From Thecamonas trahens ATCC 50062 (lineage: Eukaryota > Protista > Apusomonadida), in NCBI RefSeq assembly GCF_000142905.1, contig NW_013657668.1, forward strand, positions 498,822 through 562,821: a stretch of DNA of 64,000 nucleotides, given 5' to 3'. The notes below the pieces were generated by a model that did not search any database, was not told the origin of the DNA, and saw only the letters and a list, made by a program, of their open reading frames with translations. Shown piece by piece: positions 46,478 to 60,000 of this stretch (the first letter of the stretch is position 1; each line of letters begins with the position of its first letter). Both the position numbers and the translations under genes were made by a program.

Positions 46478-47923
46478 CTATGCCCGTGAAGCGGCGTTGA
46501 TGGCGTAGTACGAGTCATCATAGCCGGCGTGCGGGTCGATGAGCGGGGCGGACTCATGGAGATAGGCGGCGCGGCGGTTTCGGCGGACAATGATGAGGGC
46601 CGTGACAGCGATGATGATGACAAGGCAGGCGGTGAGGATAATCCAGACCAGTGCACCGGCACCATGCGATGGAGGCGGTGGGGGTGGGGTGGTCGGGGAC
46701 GTCGGGGCCGGCGGTGGCGGTGGCGGTGATGCCGGCGGCGGTGGCGGCGAGGGCACGGCGATGGCCTCGTAGCCGACAACACGCGTAGCCGTGACGGCAA
46801 CAATATCACGGCTGCCTTGGTTGAAGATCCGGCCAGTCTGCAGCTGGACAATGCCGTTCAGCTCACCTGGAAGGACGTCAACGACCCACGAGCCGCCGCT
46901 ACCGCGACGCTGGGCCCAGGCGACGGTCGAGAGGTTGGCAGTGGCAAAGGCGATCGAGTCGATCTCGAGCGTGCCCTCGTCAATGGTGGCCATAGCCACC
47001 ACTTCGTGATGACTGTCGAGATCAGAGATGGTCTCGCGGATGGCAAACTGGAGCGGGCTGATCTGCTCCAGCCGAACAATGTTCACCGAGGTGGCGAGAA
47101 TTAGGCCCGGCAGAGTCAGCTTGCCAGCTTGGGAGAACTTGCCGGCGGTGACGGCTGTGATGGTGACGCCCTCTTGGACCTGATGAGCCATGGTAGGAGG
47201 CTTGAGCTCGCCGGAGCCAGTGTTGCGGATGATCCAGACGGTGTGCAGGTTGTTGGCCGTCTCGACGCCGTGGATGACGATGTCGTCGAGCCCGTCGCCA
47301 TCCATGTCGGCAAAGATCGGCGGGCTGAGTGCTTGTGCTGCCAGAGCCACAAGTGGGGCACCAAATCCGGTGCCGTTGCCGTACGTGTTCCGCATCCACG
47401 CCAGCGCCTTGAGCCCGCCGGTCTCGTGGCCGAGCAGCACCAGGTCCTGCGACGGCGCACCGGGATACGGCACCGAGATCTGGAGGGCACCGATCCAGGT
47501 CGGCTGCAGCGAGGCCGAGATGATGACGCTACTGTCGCCAAACGAGCCTTCGTTGTTGCGGTAGTACTCGATGCCCGTGCCATCTTTCACAGCAATGATG
47601 TCCGGCCAGCCCGAGCTGGTGAGCACTCCGAGGCAGGCAGCGTTCAGGGAACCGTCAAACGAGTCACCGACCATCAGCACAGGCCAGGACTTGCCCTTAT
47701 TCCCAGCCTCGCTGTTGATGGCCACTTCGATCTGGACCGAGCTGCCCAGCAGGAGATCCATCGCACCTGCAAGAGCAGTAACATGCCCAACTGAAAAAGG
47801 AGTACTCCACGTGTAGCTCGGCAAGAGCTCCTTGTGGAGCTCCGACGGCGGTGCGTAGCTCTCCATGCCGCTCGCTACAGAGACAGCAAACAGTAGAAGT
47901 ATGCCCGCAGCAATGTTCCACAT
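46478..47923 (-). CDS. Single-pass membrane protein with degenerate FG-GAP propeller, Pro-rich stalk and short Tyr-rich tail
   Basis: Signal peptide; FADMDGDGLDDIV and related repeats; PPPPPP stalk; TM ALVWIILTACLVIIIAVTALIIV followed by RRNRR. Confidence 0.75.
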   Translation of the reverse strand: MWNIAAGILLLFAVSVASGMESYAPPSELHKELLPSYTWSTPFSVGHVTALAGAMDLLLGSSVQIEVAINSEAGNKGKSWPVLMVGDSFDGSLNAACLGVLTSSGWPDIIAVKDGTGIEYYRNNEGSFGDSSVIISASLQPTWIGALQISVPYPGAPSQDLVLLGHETGGLKALAWMRNTYGNGTGFGAPLVALAAQALSPPIFADMDGDGLDDIVIHGVETANNLHTVWIIRNTGSGELKPPTMAHQVQEGVTITAVTAGKFSQAGKLTLPGLILATSVNIVRLEQISPLQFAIRETISDLDSHHEVVAMATIDEGTLEIDSIAFATANLSTVAWAQRRGSGGSWVVDVLPGELNGIVQLQTGRIFNQGSRDIVAVTATRVVGYEAIAVPSPPPPPASPPPPPPAPTSPTTPPPPPPSHGAGALVWIILTACLVIIIAVTALIIVRRNRRAAYLHESAPLIDPHAGYDDSYYAINAASRA

Positions 47924-48762
47924 AGTATGGGTGTAAGGAAAGGCGAGGGGAAGGACAGAGAGGAAGACGTGTGTGCTCCGTGGTGGGGGGGGGGGGGTCG
48001 TCTGAGTGAGGGATGATGGCCGGCGGCGTGCGCGTGTCCCGGCAGTTGTTTGGGCGATGAGCAGCGATGGGAGCGCGTGCGGGAAGATGGGTGAAATAAG
48101 AGACGACGGAGGAAGCGAAGCGGGTGAGAAGTGGGTGATGGGAGAGAGGGGGGGGAAGATGGAGAATAGCGTGGCAATGCTTGGTGACGAGGACAGTCAT
48201 GATGAATCAGACGACAGATCGCCAAAACTTTGGTTTGTGCGTAGTATGACACGGGAACATGATTGATTGACTTGAATGGATAACGTGGACGGACAACGTG
48301 CTGTGATGAGGGCGATGGCAACGATGAGAGCGTGCTGCATGGTACAGATGAATGAAGATACTGACAAGATGTGCGAGAGCATTTACTTCAGCTGTGATGA
48401 TGGCGCTGATGGTGGCTGTATCTCGGCACTGCCCTTCAATGCCATGCATTTGCTCCGCACTTGGGAAAACTGCCGCTGCCATGCGGTGTACTCATCACGC
48501 GGTCGCATGCCACCATATGTAAACGAGGCAATCACTGGGCTAGGTCGTCACGGATCCACCGATGCAAGGATGGGCGGAGGAGCAGAGCAGTGAATGATGA
48601 TTGTTGTGGCGCCAGAGTGGTGGATGTTCACGAACGTGGAGCGTAGAAGGCAGACAAGGGCTGTTGCGTAATTGGCGCATCGGTCAGCAAACAGACCCCG
48701 CATGAGCTGGTGGTCACCCGCACCCCCTCACTCCAAGCACACAACCAGTCTCGTCTTCCACA

Positions 48763-51700
48763 ATGGCGGGAGCGCGTGTAGTATGGATGGTTATGGCATG
48801 GCTGTGCTTGCACATAGCCGGGGCAAGCTACTTTACCAAACACCAAGGTATGTTTTATGGGTGAGCCCCGGGCATACCTAAGTTGGCGCTCGGGCTAAAA
48901 GAACAGGCTTCGGGCATCCCCCAGTCGTTGTGTGGTCAACCAAACAACATTATCATTGTTTTTGAGAGGCGGGCCAACCAGCACCCACCCAGAGGCCTTG
49001 GGCGGCTTCTGGGCGGTGTGTGGAAGAAGGTGGAGGGTGAGACTTACACAGGAACGGCTTTCGTCATGCGCTTGGGGAGGTGGTGTGCTTGCAGAATATA
49101 CAAAGAGCGTTGGTGAGGCCATGTGGGTATCGCCCGAGTTGGCGGTTGGTCCGAGCGGAAGCGGAGCATTTTCCGCAGCCGCCACCAGCGGCAACGCAAC
49201 ATGGTGCACAGTGGCGCGTGGCATTGCTGCCGATGGCAGCGACCGGCTGCGATGTGGCGGGAGCATTGCCCTTGAGTTTGATGTAGAGACGACGGCGGCT
49301 TTTTCGGCGCGGGCAGCGGTGGTCCCGGCGGGCGGCTTTGGCACCGAGATGCTGGTCTCGATCACATTAGCCGGCGGTGAGCGACGGAGCTGGATACGCG
49401 ATGTGAGTGCGCCTGGCGCGACGGCACCGGAACATGAGACAGCAGCGCCGCTCATCGACATCCTTCCGCACTGTCTCCTCCTCCCGGCCGGAAAAGTGAT
49501 GATCGAGCTCGGCCTGACAGCACCTGGCATGGCGGTAGAGGCAGTGACACTGTCGACACTCATGCTGGCACCTGTTTTGGAGAGGGTGGTCGGATGCGAG
49601 GAGCGGATGGACGGGACGAGCCCAGTGTGTCCAACCGGCCCCGGGACTAGCATTGCGGTTCATGGCGCGCGATTGTGTGCGGATGCGGGCGCGGTGGTTG
49701 TGAAGTTCGGCGGATCGAGCGCAACTGTGATTGCGGTAGCCGAGGATGGGATGAGTGCGGAGATTCAGCTGCCAACTGTCGCGTATGGACCCACGACGCT
49801 TATGGCGATGGTCAATGATGGAATAGGACATCTGACGCTGCTGCCCGGGCTTCCGCTGATTGTGGCAGCGTCGCTCTCGCGGAGCTCGTCGCGGGTGGTG
49901 GTTGCGATGGAGGGCCACCGACTGGGACGAGGCGTTGTCGACGACTCGCAGGCCTGGCTGAGACTTGCGAGCGGGGTGGAGGAAGCGTGCGCCAATGTGA
50001 CGGGCGGGACGCCAAGCTTGGAGTCAGCCACCAGCCGGCTCGAGTGCTGGACAAATGAGGCAAGCGCGGTGGCGACGATCGGAGTGCGGGTAGCGGTGGG
50101 AAGCGCAAGCAGCCCGGTGCGATGGTTTGGCCCCAACGAGCGGCTTCGGCGCAAAGCAAAATGCGTCCTGACTGGCTGTGCCCATGGCGGCCGTTGTGAT
50201 GTCGCGACCGGCGCGTGCCGGTGCTCATGGCCATGGCTTGGAGCCTCATGCCGAAACGACGGGCGCTATCTTGTTGTGATCCCGATTTTGGCAATCTGGA
50301 CAGTCTCGCTGCTCGCGTTTGGACTTGTGCGGATTGCAGGCTGGATTGGTGACCGGAGCCACCGGCGGAATGTGAGTGCTTACTCGACGACCATGGGCGA
50401 GATGAGCGACGGGGCGATGATGGCGTCGACCATCGCGGTCTCGCTCGACGATCTTGATGTTGTCCGGACCGTCGGACAAGGCTCTTGCGGCAAGGTGTAT
50501 GTGGCGTTGTGGCGTGGGAGCGAGGTAGCTGTCAAGCGGTTCTTTGTCTCTATGCCGAGCGCTACGGTCAAGACCGAGTTTGCATCTGAGTCGATGATCA
50601 AGTTCCATGTCCGGCACCCGAACCTTGTGGCGCTCATCGGCGCGAGCGCCGAACCGGAGCGCGTTGCGCTTGTCCTCGAGTATGTGGCCAATGGGGCGCT
50701 CTTCGACATCCTTGGCAAGAAGACGATAGCGCTGTTGTGGGAGCGGCGGTTACTGTGGGCGTCGCAGCTTGCAGCCGCGATGGCCTTTCTGCACACGTCA
50801 CGGGTGGCGCACGGCGCGCTCTCTTCGTTCAACGTCCTCCTCAGCGCATCATGGGACATCAAAGTCTCCGACTTTGGCTTTGTGGCGACCAAGAAAGCGT
50901 CGGCGGCAGCGGCGGCGAGCCCCTTACCGATAGCGGGCGAGGATTGGATGGCACAGCAATGCGATATGAGCGTGCCCGGCCAGCCGGCGCTGTCTGGGAC
51001 GCAGACGAACGGATCGATGGCGCGGAGCGAGTCGGCCACAGCTGTCTCTTTGCGCGGGCTTCAAAGGCAGCCGGCCAAGCGCAAACGGCGGTGGACGTTC
51101 TTCCGCGTGGTGCCCGATGAGAGCGTGCCAGAGACCACGATTCACAACGCGTTCTGGAGCGCGCCCGAGGCACTACTAGGCGATGTCAGCGATCCGTATG
51201 CGGTTGATGTGTATGCGCTCGGAGTGGTGCTTTGGGAGCTCCTCTCACGGCGACCGCTGTACGCGGGCATGCATCCACTGACGGTTGTGCGCAACGTTCT
51301 GGATGTCGAGCTGCGGCCATCGACGTCGTCATTGCCGCCGGACGCGGTAGCGTGCAAGACGCTGCTGCGCCAATGCTGGGCGCCAGTCGGGCTTCAGCGG
51401 CCGACGGCCGACAAGATCAAGTCACAGTTTGAGCGACTGTACATCAACAAGCGGGGGGACAGAATGGGACGCCACCTGCGCCGTTCCACAAGGAGGTAGT
51501 GCCCAAGTCTGGATTTCTGTTTTCGGTCTCGGTCGGCGTGTGCAACGCAGCGGCATTTTACGAGCAGGCTGCCTCCGAGGTAGCCGAGTTTGACACGCAG
51601 CTGCTGCACTTGCGCTCGGCACTGGCGGCTGCAACCAAAGCGCACTCGGGCTTCTCAACCTCAGCCGACGCGCTGCTCTACACCTCGGTCTTTGGCTCGG

Positions 51701-54021
51701 CCAATGACGCCTTGGAGTTTCTCGCAGATGTGGCCACACTCACCTCGGAGCTTATCACGGTCGGCGACGGGACCGATCTCGCCAAGCGCGGCCTCAAGCT
51801 TGGAAGTAGCCAGGCTGTCAACTCGACCGAGCTGGGCCCGCAGCTCTCGAGCCAGCTCGGATCGGACATCCTCTCGCGAGGCAACATTACTGCCATGTCG
51901 GCACTCTCGCCGTCGTATCCGTCGGCGGGCACAATGATGCAGTCTAACGACATCCTCTCGTCGGCCTCTGTCGCAGGCCTGCCATCCATGGTCAACGCAG
52001 GCTCACCGGTTCCGAACGTGATCCGCTCAGGAACACCCGGACCAAGCCATTGGCGTCCTCCCAAGCCCACTACAGCCGGCCTCCACAACTCGGCATCGTC
52101 GTTGAGCTCGTCGTCATCATCCAGCTCGTCGTCATCGACATCGTCGCCATCGTCGTCATCGCAGTCATTGCCAAGGGAAGCCGAGTTGCAGTCGCGAGCC
52201 GGGCTCGAAAGTGGATCATGCTCGGACGAGGGGGTGGAGGGTCAGACCACGAGCTCAGACGTCGAGTCGGTCTCGGAAACCGAAACCGAGTCGGTGTCGG
52301 ACGAGCAAGGGACGGCTGATGAGGAGAACGAATCCTTCGGCGCTATGCGAGACGCAGTGACAGGCGCTTCTACCTTGCGTTCGATATCCAGCAGTCTGGG
52401 GAGTTCATGCGAGAGTGACCCGCGTGCGCTGACCTCGCCTATGATCGATGCCGGGATCATGGTGTTTGACTTGCGTCCTGGATCTCAGGCCAAGTCCAAG
52501 TCTCGGGCCAAGTCCAAGGCCAAGTCCAAGGCCAAGTCCAAGGCCAAGTCCAAGGCCAAGTCCAAGGCCAAGGCCAAGACCGATGGCGAGATACAGACTC
52601 ACTCAAAGTCGAGTGGCAAGTCTGCGCTGACACCCATGCTGTCTCCGATGAGCGATATGGCTTTGCCAGAGATGCCAGAGCTGCCAGAGCTACCAAAGCC
52701 CCCGACCAGCAGACGGCGGCGGAAGAGGCAGAGTCGCTGGTCAACCTCGAATCAGCGGACAATGCGGCGCCCGCTGACGCCGCCGTCTCGATCAGCAATC
52801 TCGTGCACGTCGTTGCTGTCGTCGGTGCCATCACTGGCACTGTCCAGAGTTGGGCCGGCGCCGACTGACCGACCGCAACTTCCTGTGGCGGTTGTTTGCG
52901 CAGCAGGCTCGGCAACGGTCATGGACGATCGCAGCGTGCAGGGTGCGTTTCTGCGCGAGGCCGAGATGATGGCGCGAATGCTGGTGGTGCCGGCACTGCT
53001 ATTCTCGACGAGCTTTTCGCGGTCGCTCGATCTCCTGGACGCCAAGATCTCCGACTCGCTACCCAAACCGGTCGTGTGCAGCCTTACTGCCGAACTGGTG
53101 ATGATGTCACGACAGCTGCCTGCAACAGCGACATGGCACCTGCTAGCTGACCAGCTGGTGCCCAACTCACAGGTTCACTTTAACTCGGTGCTGTTCGAGG
53201 GTTTCAACGGGACGCTCGTTCCGCCTCCGACCACGGTGATGGGCTGGTCTGGCGACGATCGGGCTCATGCGAGGGCGTACCGAGTTTTTGTAGCACAAGT
53301 CCGCCCGCTAGTTGCTGTCACGTACAAACTGCGTGTCGCGCTCCGTGGTCGTGCTGCTCTGCTCCACTCTGTCAGCCACGAGAACCTGCTGCCATTTGTG
53401 GGCGCGGTGACCCTCGGCCCACAGGTGTCACTTGTCTACGCCCGATGGGGCATCTTTGCGCCGCTCGATAGGGTCATCAACAACGTTGTTCTCTCCAGCT
53501 CGCCGGACCGGATGCTGACCAACATGCTGCGCGGGATGGTGCTTGGGCTCGCGGCACTGCATGGCGCAGGAGTCATCCACGGTATGCTTTCACCGGACCA
53601 CGTCCTTGTCTCGCCGACAGGCACCATCAAGCTCATGATGTATGGTATGGAGGCGATTCTGGCCCACACGGCGCCGCGGCTCGTTGCCACCAAGGACATT
53701 TGCCTGGCACCCGAGGTGGTGATGGGCGAAAGGGCGAAGCCTGCCGCCGACATCTACGCCTTTGGCGTTCTCGCCATCTGGCTCCTCAACGGCCGCCAAC
53801 CGTTTGCCAACCACTCACTCCACGAGTTTATCGCCGAAGTCACTGGGCCCGCGATTGATTCGCCACCCGAGCTGGTCCTTGGGGGCGACGCCAACCTCAT
53901 TCCCTCGCTTGCATCCGCACTGTCGATGGCGACATGTCGAGCGCCAAGCATGCGGCCAACGGCGCCGACGCTGGCGACGGTGCTGACCAGCGTTGACTCG
54001 CTATATCAAGAGAGCCACTAG
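48763..54021 (+). CDS. Receptor-like protein: signal peptide, IPT, EGF, TM, TKL pseudokinase, degenerate nucleotide-cyclase-like region, second pseudokinase; inferred intron 48848..49094 and frame break near 51455
   Basis: Exon 1 MAGARVVWMVMAWLCLHIAG.. with GTATGT donor and TTGCAG acceptor in matching phase. Kinase 1: GQGSCGKV, VAVK, HGALSSFN, DFG, APE. ORF 51499..54021 has no ATG at its start and is open back to about 51433. Kinase 2: HENLL, HGMLSPDH, LAPE, DIYAFG. Confidence 0.7.
52489..52578 (+). repeat. Coding 12-bp repeat GCCAAGTCCAAG (AKSK)n
   Basis: Read directly, about 7 units. Confidence 0.9.
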
Positions 54022-54079
54022 CTGTGCGGTCGCTCGGACGTGTAGTTGCGAGCCTCAAAGTGAACCATCACCGACGGGT

Positions 54080-57000
54080 TTAAGCGTTTGCGCCACGAAG
54101 CGCCCAGAGCGCGAGCGACGAGACGTCGAGCTCGTAGATGACAGGCGCGAGCCGGGAGACGAGTAGGAAGCTCGAGTCATCAGGCACATCGAGCGCGAGA
54201 ACGGGAATGAGGCCTTGCTCGTGATGGACGTTGACGGTATCACCGGCGCCCCGTGATGCGGCGGCGGCCGACGTGTCGCGGAGAACACGCCGGCTCTGTG
54301 CCGCCTGGACCATAAACGGCTTTTCGCGCGAGTCCCAAAGGGTGAGCCGCGCAGGGTTCCCGGCCGCGCCAGCCCAGTGTGAGGCGAGCAAGCCCGAGCC
54401 CGAGACACAGAGACCACGCGGAGTCGCTGTGCCAGGCGCAGGCATCTCCTGGATCTGTACCAGCTTGGGCAGGCTTGCATCGCTGTCTAGAGCCAGCGTA
54501 ACGACCCGCAACGGCTCGCCACGCTCGCCGCAGGCCAGCGCCGAAATACGCTGATTCGGAAGGATAGCAAGGTGCGTGACGCCACCAAGCTTGGCGCTTG
54601 CCACCAGCGACCAGCCGGTGCCGTCGGCAAGGAGGAGCCACACGACAACACTTTTGGCCGAGGCTGTGACCATACGCCAGTCAGCAAGCGGTGCCAGCGC
54701 GTGGATGAGCTCGCCAAACTCGGCAAATCGGTACTGCGCGAGCGCGGGGAGCGACGGGTCGGCCTTTAGGGCAACCCGTGCCCCGGTCGACGTCTTGTAG
54801 TCAAGGACTGAGCCTTCGATGAGGACCAGGACCCGCTTCTTGGGCAGGGCCACAAGCGCCTTGACGGTCGGGTCGCGCCGGCCGATCGGGTGCTCATCGC
54901 TCGGAGCTCCGCCGGCGCTGCCGGCCGACGACCGCACATACGTCGAGCGGTCGAGTGTCCGCACCAGATGCCACTTGATGACCTCACCCGACCGAGGGTC
55001 GCGAGCGACAACCTGGAGGACGAGGACGTCGCCTGCAGCTGTGCCGACTAGAAGCGCGCCCCGGTCCGACTCAGCAACGGCAGTGACCGGCGAGTCGTAT
55101 CCAGGAAACGGGCCGACAGCGACGGCGTGAGCACTTGCGGCTGCGCCGCGGGAAGCCTGTGCGCTGGCGCGCTCGGCCACTTCTTCCGGCGAGAGCACCT
55201 CGGTGACAGCAGACGTCGGCGGGAGATCGCTTGGCGGGCGATAGACAACACAGCTACCGTTGGTCATGCCGAGCACGATGCGGCCGTCGACAAGTTCGAG
55301 CGCGGTGGTGACAGGCGCCGGGAGGGAGAATCCAAACTGGGCCACACGCTTGAAGGCCAGCGACTTGTAGAGCAAGTGTGGCGATCGATCGCGCAGGAGC
55401 TTGCGGCAGAGGCTGTTGTGGTACGAGTCGGCGAGGCCATTCCATACAAGATTCCGCAAACGGAGCTTGGCCAGTGCGTCGAGGTCTTCGCCGACGGCCT
55501 CGAGTTCGAGTGCGTTAGTAGTAGCAAGCGCAGCGTCGACGTCGGCAAGTGCAGCGAGCTCGTCGGGCGCAGCTGGGCCGTTAAACGAGATGTCGCATGC
55601 AAAGATGAGCGGATTGGCGGCAAAGGCCTGCGCAAGCTCGACGAGGACCGGGCCAGAGACGCGGTTCCACGCAATGTTGACTGAAACGACGGCCGAGGTG
55701 TGAGGAAGAACCTTAGCCACGTTGCGGACAATAGGGTCGCGGAGGTCGGCACCGGAAAGATCCATCCGCAGCCGCTTGGCGTACTTGTTGAGCTGAGTGA
55801 GGGCTTGCGGCGGGACCAGGAGCGAGAGGCCAAACTGGAGCCGCGGCTCAAGCTGCGACCAGACCAGGTCCGGCTGGCCGTGGAGGAAGAACCGCGGGTC
55901 GAGCGGGACGTGGTGCTCGGCGTCGAGAAGGCCGGCACCGAGTTGTTCGGGCAGGGCCAGGTACGAGAGCGAGCGGCACCGGGCCTCAATGTCGACGACA
56001 ACAGCGAGTGGGACGTTGGCGCAGCCGCGGAGGTCGAGCCGGCAAATCGAGGCAGCGGCGAGCTTGGCCACCGAGCCGACGGTGACAAGCTTGGAACAGT
56101 ATGAGACGTCGAGCCACTGCAGGTGGTCACAGCGACCGATGATGCGGGCGAGCGACTTGTCGTCGAGCTCAACGCAATGGGCAAGGACAAGCTTGCGGAA
56201 GAGGGTGCCGACAAGGGCCTTGAGAACCTCGCGCTGGAGCTTGGCCGGGAATGAGAAGAGGCCAAAGTTAAGGCGCTCCACAAAAGCCTCTTTGAAGAGA
56301 GGAAGGCGGAGGGCACGGAAAGGGCGCAGGTCAGAGCGCGAGAAGAGCGCGGTGACGGCGGCGTCGGCCTGCTCGTGGGCGAGATCGTTGAGCTCGGACC
56401 GGAGGTCGGCCGGTGAGACCATGGTGAGGTCAGCCCAAAGCGAGGAGGTTCGCTCGTCGGCGGTGGTCACCACCCGGCACTGTTGTTCGCGACGGACGAC
56501 GAGCGAGGGCGTGAGCGTGACCAGGCCGCGCCGGCCGCGCTTGTACTGTGACTCGGTGAGAAGGTGGAACCGCGCCCACGGGTTCATGGCCTCCTGGAAG
56601 GCGCGTGCATAGAGGGTCATGAGCTCGTGCTCAACAGCACCCAAAAGCTGCATGTGTGTGACGCGTGAGCCGCGGAGAACTTCCTGGATGAGAGTGATCT
56701 TGTGGTAAAGGACGTGGACGAGGCCGGGCTTGAAGAGCACGTCGAGTGTCGGCTTGCCTTCGGTATCGGCCATGTCCTTGCGGACATGCGGCAGCTCAAA
56801 CGAGGCCATGCGGGCGTCGATGGCCTCGAGCACGTCGACCCAGACGTCGAGAAGCGCGTCCGCGTGGACCGAATACAGCATGTAGTCGCGAAGGTCAGCG
56901 TCGACGGCGTCGTGCATCTCTTGCATGCAAAACAGAATGCACTTGAGGCGCGGGATGCGCTTGGAAAAGAAGCCCGACTTGGTGACAGCCGAAACGAACG

Positions 57001-60000
57001 AGTGATCGTTGTCGATGGGCACGATGCGGTAGGCCAGTTGCTCGGGGTCAACCGCTTCGCACACGTAGTTGTCCTCTTTGCCGTCTTCGGGATTGGTGAC
57101 GAGCGCGAGCAATACTTGCTGGGTAAACGAAAACGGGTCGTAGGAGATCGGGGTGTCGACTCGCGAGAGGGCAGCATCGTAGTTTTCGACGTTGTGACCG
57201 GCCGAGGCCCAGAGTTGCTTGAGTGTTGGGCCGGCGACAGTCTCGGACACGAGAAAGTAGTGGGCCTCGGCGCCAAAGTAGAGCTTGATGACGTCGACCC
57301 GCGGGGTGCCACCGGGATGTGGCGATGCGTTCGTACGGTTACCGCGGAAGAGGACCCGGCCGATGACGTGGACCGCGAGTTCCATGGCCGGCAGCTCCGG
57401 GTCGAGCTTAAAGTGAAAGTTGCCGACAGTGGCAACGGCACGGACACCGTGGTCGTAGGCACGGGTGACGGTGGAGCCAGAAAAGAGCTGCGCCACGGCG
57501 TCCGGACGGAGCTTCCGGACCTCATCGGAGCAAGCCGAGTAAAAGTAGGCACCGTTGTCCTCGGCAGCGGCGGCGGCGCAGAACGCATCGCGCGAGTCGA
57601 GAAAGTCGCGCCACCTCGGCATCTCGGCACGATGGGCCGAGATGCCGAGCGAGCACCACGAGGTGACAGAGCCCATACCGAGGCCAAATCCGGTGTACAC
57701 AGCATTGGGATCGAGCTGGCCAAACGAGTACATGACGTCGGAAATGTCATCGAGCGACGCCCGCCACCGCGTCTCGGTCAGGTACCCCAAGTCGCGGAAA
57801 GGGAGGCGGACAAGGGTACCTGGCTCGAATACGGGCTTGGACTCGCGAGCAAGTGTCTCGATCATGCCCGTCACAAAGTGAGAGGCCATGGTCTGGATGG
57901 GGCAGAGAACTTTGGCTACAAGCTCGCGGATCTCAGCCACTAGCTTTGGCGTCGCCATGCTTGGGAGAAGCACGTCGTTCTCCTCGCCTCGCGCGAGCTG
58001 GGCCACCATCCGAAGGCCAAGCGCAAAGCCAAAAGCATGGACCAGCGCGTCGCGAACAGCAACGTTAAAGACGCCGGCGTCATAGAGCGCGTCGAGGCGG
58101 GCGAGAGTCGAGACGGCAGACACGCCGAAGAAGAGCGCGAGACCGTCCACAAGCAGCATGGGAAAGCGCTGCAGGTCGGTCTTGACGTCGACCGTCACCT
58201 CGGCATCCGGTACCAACAGAGCACGGTCGACGAGCCACGGTGAGAACGTGCGCTCTGCGCCGGTGTTCTTGGCGAGGGCAAGGAGCGCATACGCCCGGCG
58301 GACTGGAGTGTCGGGGTGGAGGGCGAGAGCGGCATCTTCACACACAGCGACGCCTGCCTCTGTCTCGACAAGCGTGGCCATGAGGCGGCGATCAAAGAAT
58401 GCGTCGAGCGCCTTCTTGTATGAGGTGAAGAGATTGGCGTCACCTGCAATGTACGCAGCTGTCCGCAGCGAGTGCGCGATCGGATCAAGATAGTCCGAGT
58501 CGAGTGGCGGGGTCAGGAGCGAAATGAGCTCGCGGCGCTGCTTCGCTACAAGCGAAGCGGGCGTAGCCCGTGTGACAAGCGGCGAGAGCGCGGCCTCATC
58601 GAGGCGGAAGCCGCGCGGCGACCACGACGAGACCGGCCCGAGCTGGTATCCGGTCTCGCCGACAGTGAGCAGGAAGAGCTCGAGGAGATGTGCGAGTCGC
58701 AGAAAGTAGTCATCCCGTCCACCGGCGGGGAGGGAGGGGCATTCAGGCGCGAGTACGATATCGGGCTCGACGAGAAACACAATGTCCAGGTCGGAGAACG
58801 GAGCCATCTCGCCACGGGCCACCGAGCCGAGGCCAACCAAAGTAAAGGCAGACGGCGGAATGCCCAGGATGAGGGTGGCTTTTTCAAGAAGGAGCTCAAG
58901 GAAGGCCATGGCAAGCGCGTGGAAGACATCGTGGACAATAAACGCGCCCCGCGGGCCGGCCACACTCGCCTGGAGCGCCGGAGCCTGGAGGACGCTCACG
59001 ACAAACGAAGCGACGTCAAGCGGGCCGGCGAGGACGGCAGCAAGCTCATCGTCAAGCGGGAGACTGTCAAGGCGGGTTGCCACCTTGCGAAGGTAATACG
59101 GCGGGAGGACGTCGGGGAGCGGGTCGTGGAGCAGAGAGCAACCACTAAGCTCGCCGCCGGCGACAAGCGCAGTGGCAGCGCGGATGAAAGAGAGAATACC
59201 GCGGTGCTCGCGGACCTCCGCGGCAGCGAGCTCTGCTGCTGCAGCAGCGGCTACATCATCGTCACGCAGGCGTGCGCGCTCGGCAGCGAGACAAGAGGAT
59301 TGCGACGCCAGCTCGGGATAAGCGGTGACCAGCTCGCTGGCGGCGTCCAGGACCGAAGCTGCTGAATCGAAACGGTGGAGGCGGATCATGGTGTGAGTCA
59401 TAAAGAGGAGGCGGTCAAAGGCGGTGTGCAACTCTGCCGGGGAAGTAAGGACCGACGGGACGAGCGATAGGCTCAAGGTCGTTAGCGAGAGTGGGACAGG
59501 ATTGGTCACGGCCGCGCTGACGTAGTGGGAGAGGACCGATGTGAAGGCTGCCTCGGTGACCACCAGCAGCAGACTGTTTGGAGCTGCCATGTCCAGATCA
59601 CGGACCGAGGTGGCGTCAGAGTTGATCGGGGCGGTGTCGACTGCGTCGGCGAGGAGGCTGTCCAGAATGGTGACGGCCTCGGAAATAAAGAGCGCCGCGA
59701 GGCGGGTGCTGCTAAGGTAGCCGCGGCTGATCGAGAGTGCCAGGGCAGAGACGGCGAGGGCGCCAAGGTGCTCGCCCTCGAGCGCCAGAAAGTAGGCACG
59801 GAGGCGCCGGATGGTCGGCAGGCTCGAAAGCGCAGCATGTGACGACAACTTGCAGGCCAAGACAAGGATCGGCATCGAGACGGCGCCGTCATTGACGTTG
59901 GCGGCAAGCTCGAACGGAATGATGGCGCGAGTGAGGCATCTGGCAAGAGCTGCAAAGATCGCCGTAAGACTAGCATGGGCTGTGTCAAGACGCATCAGCG

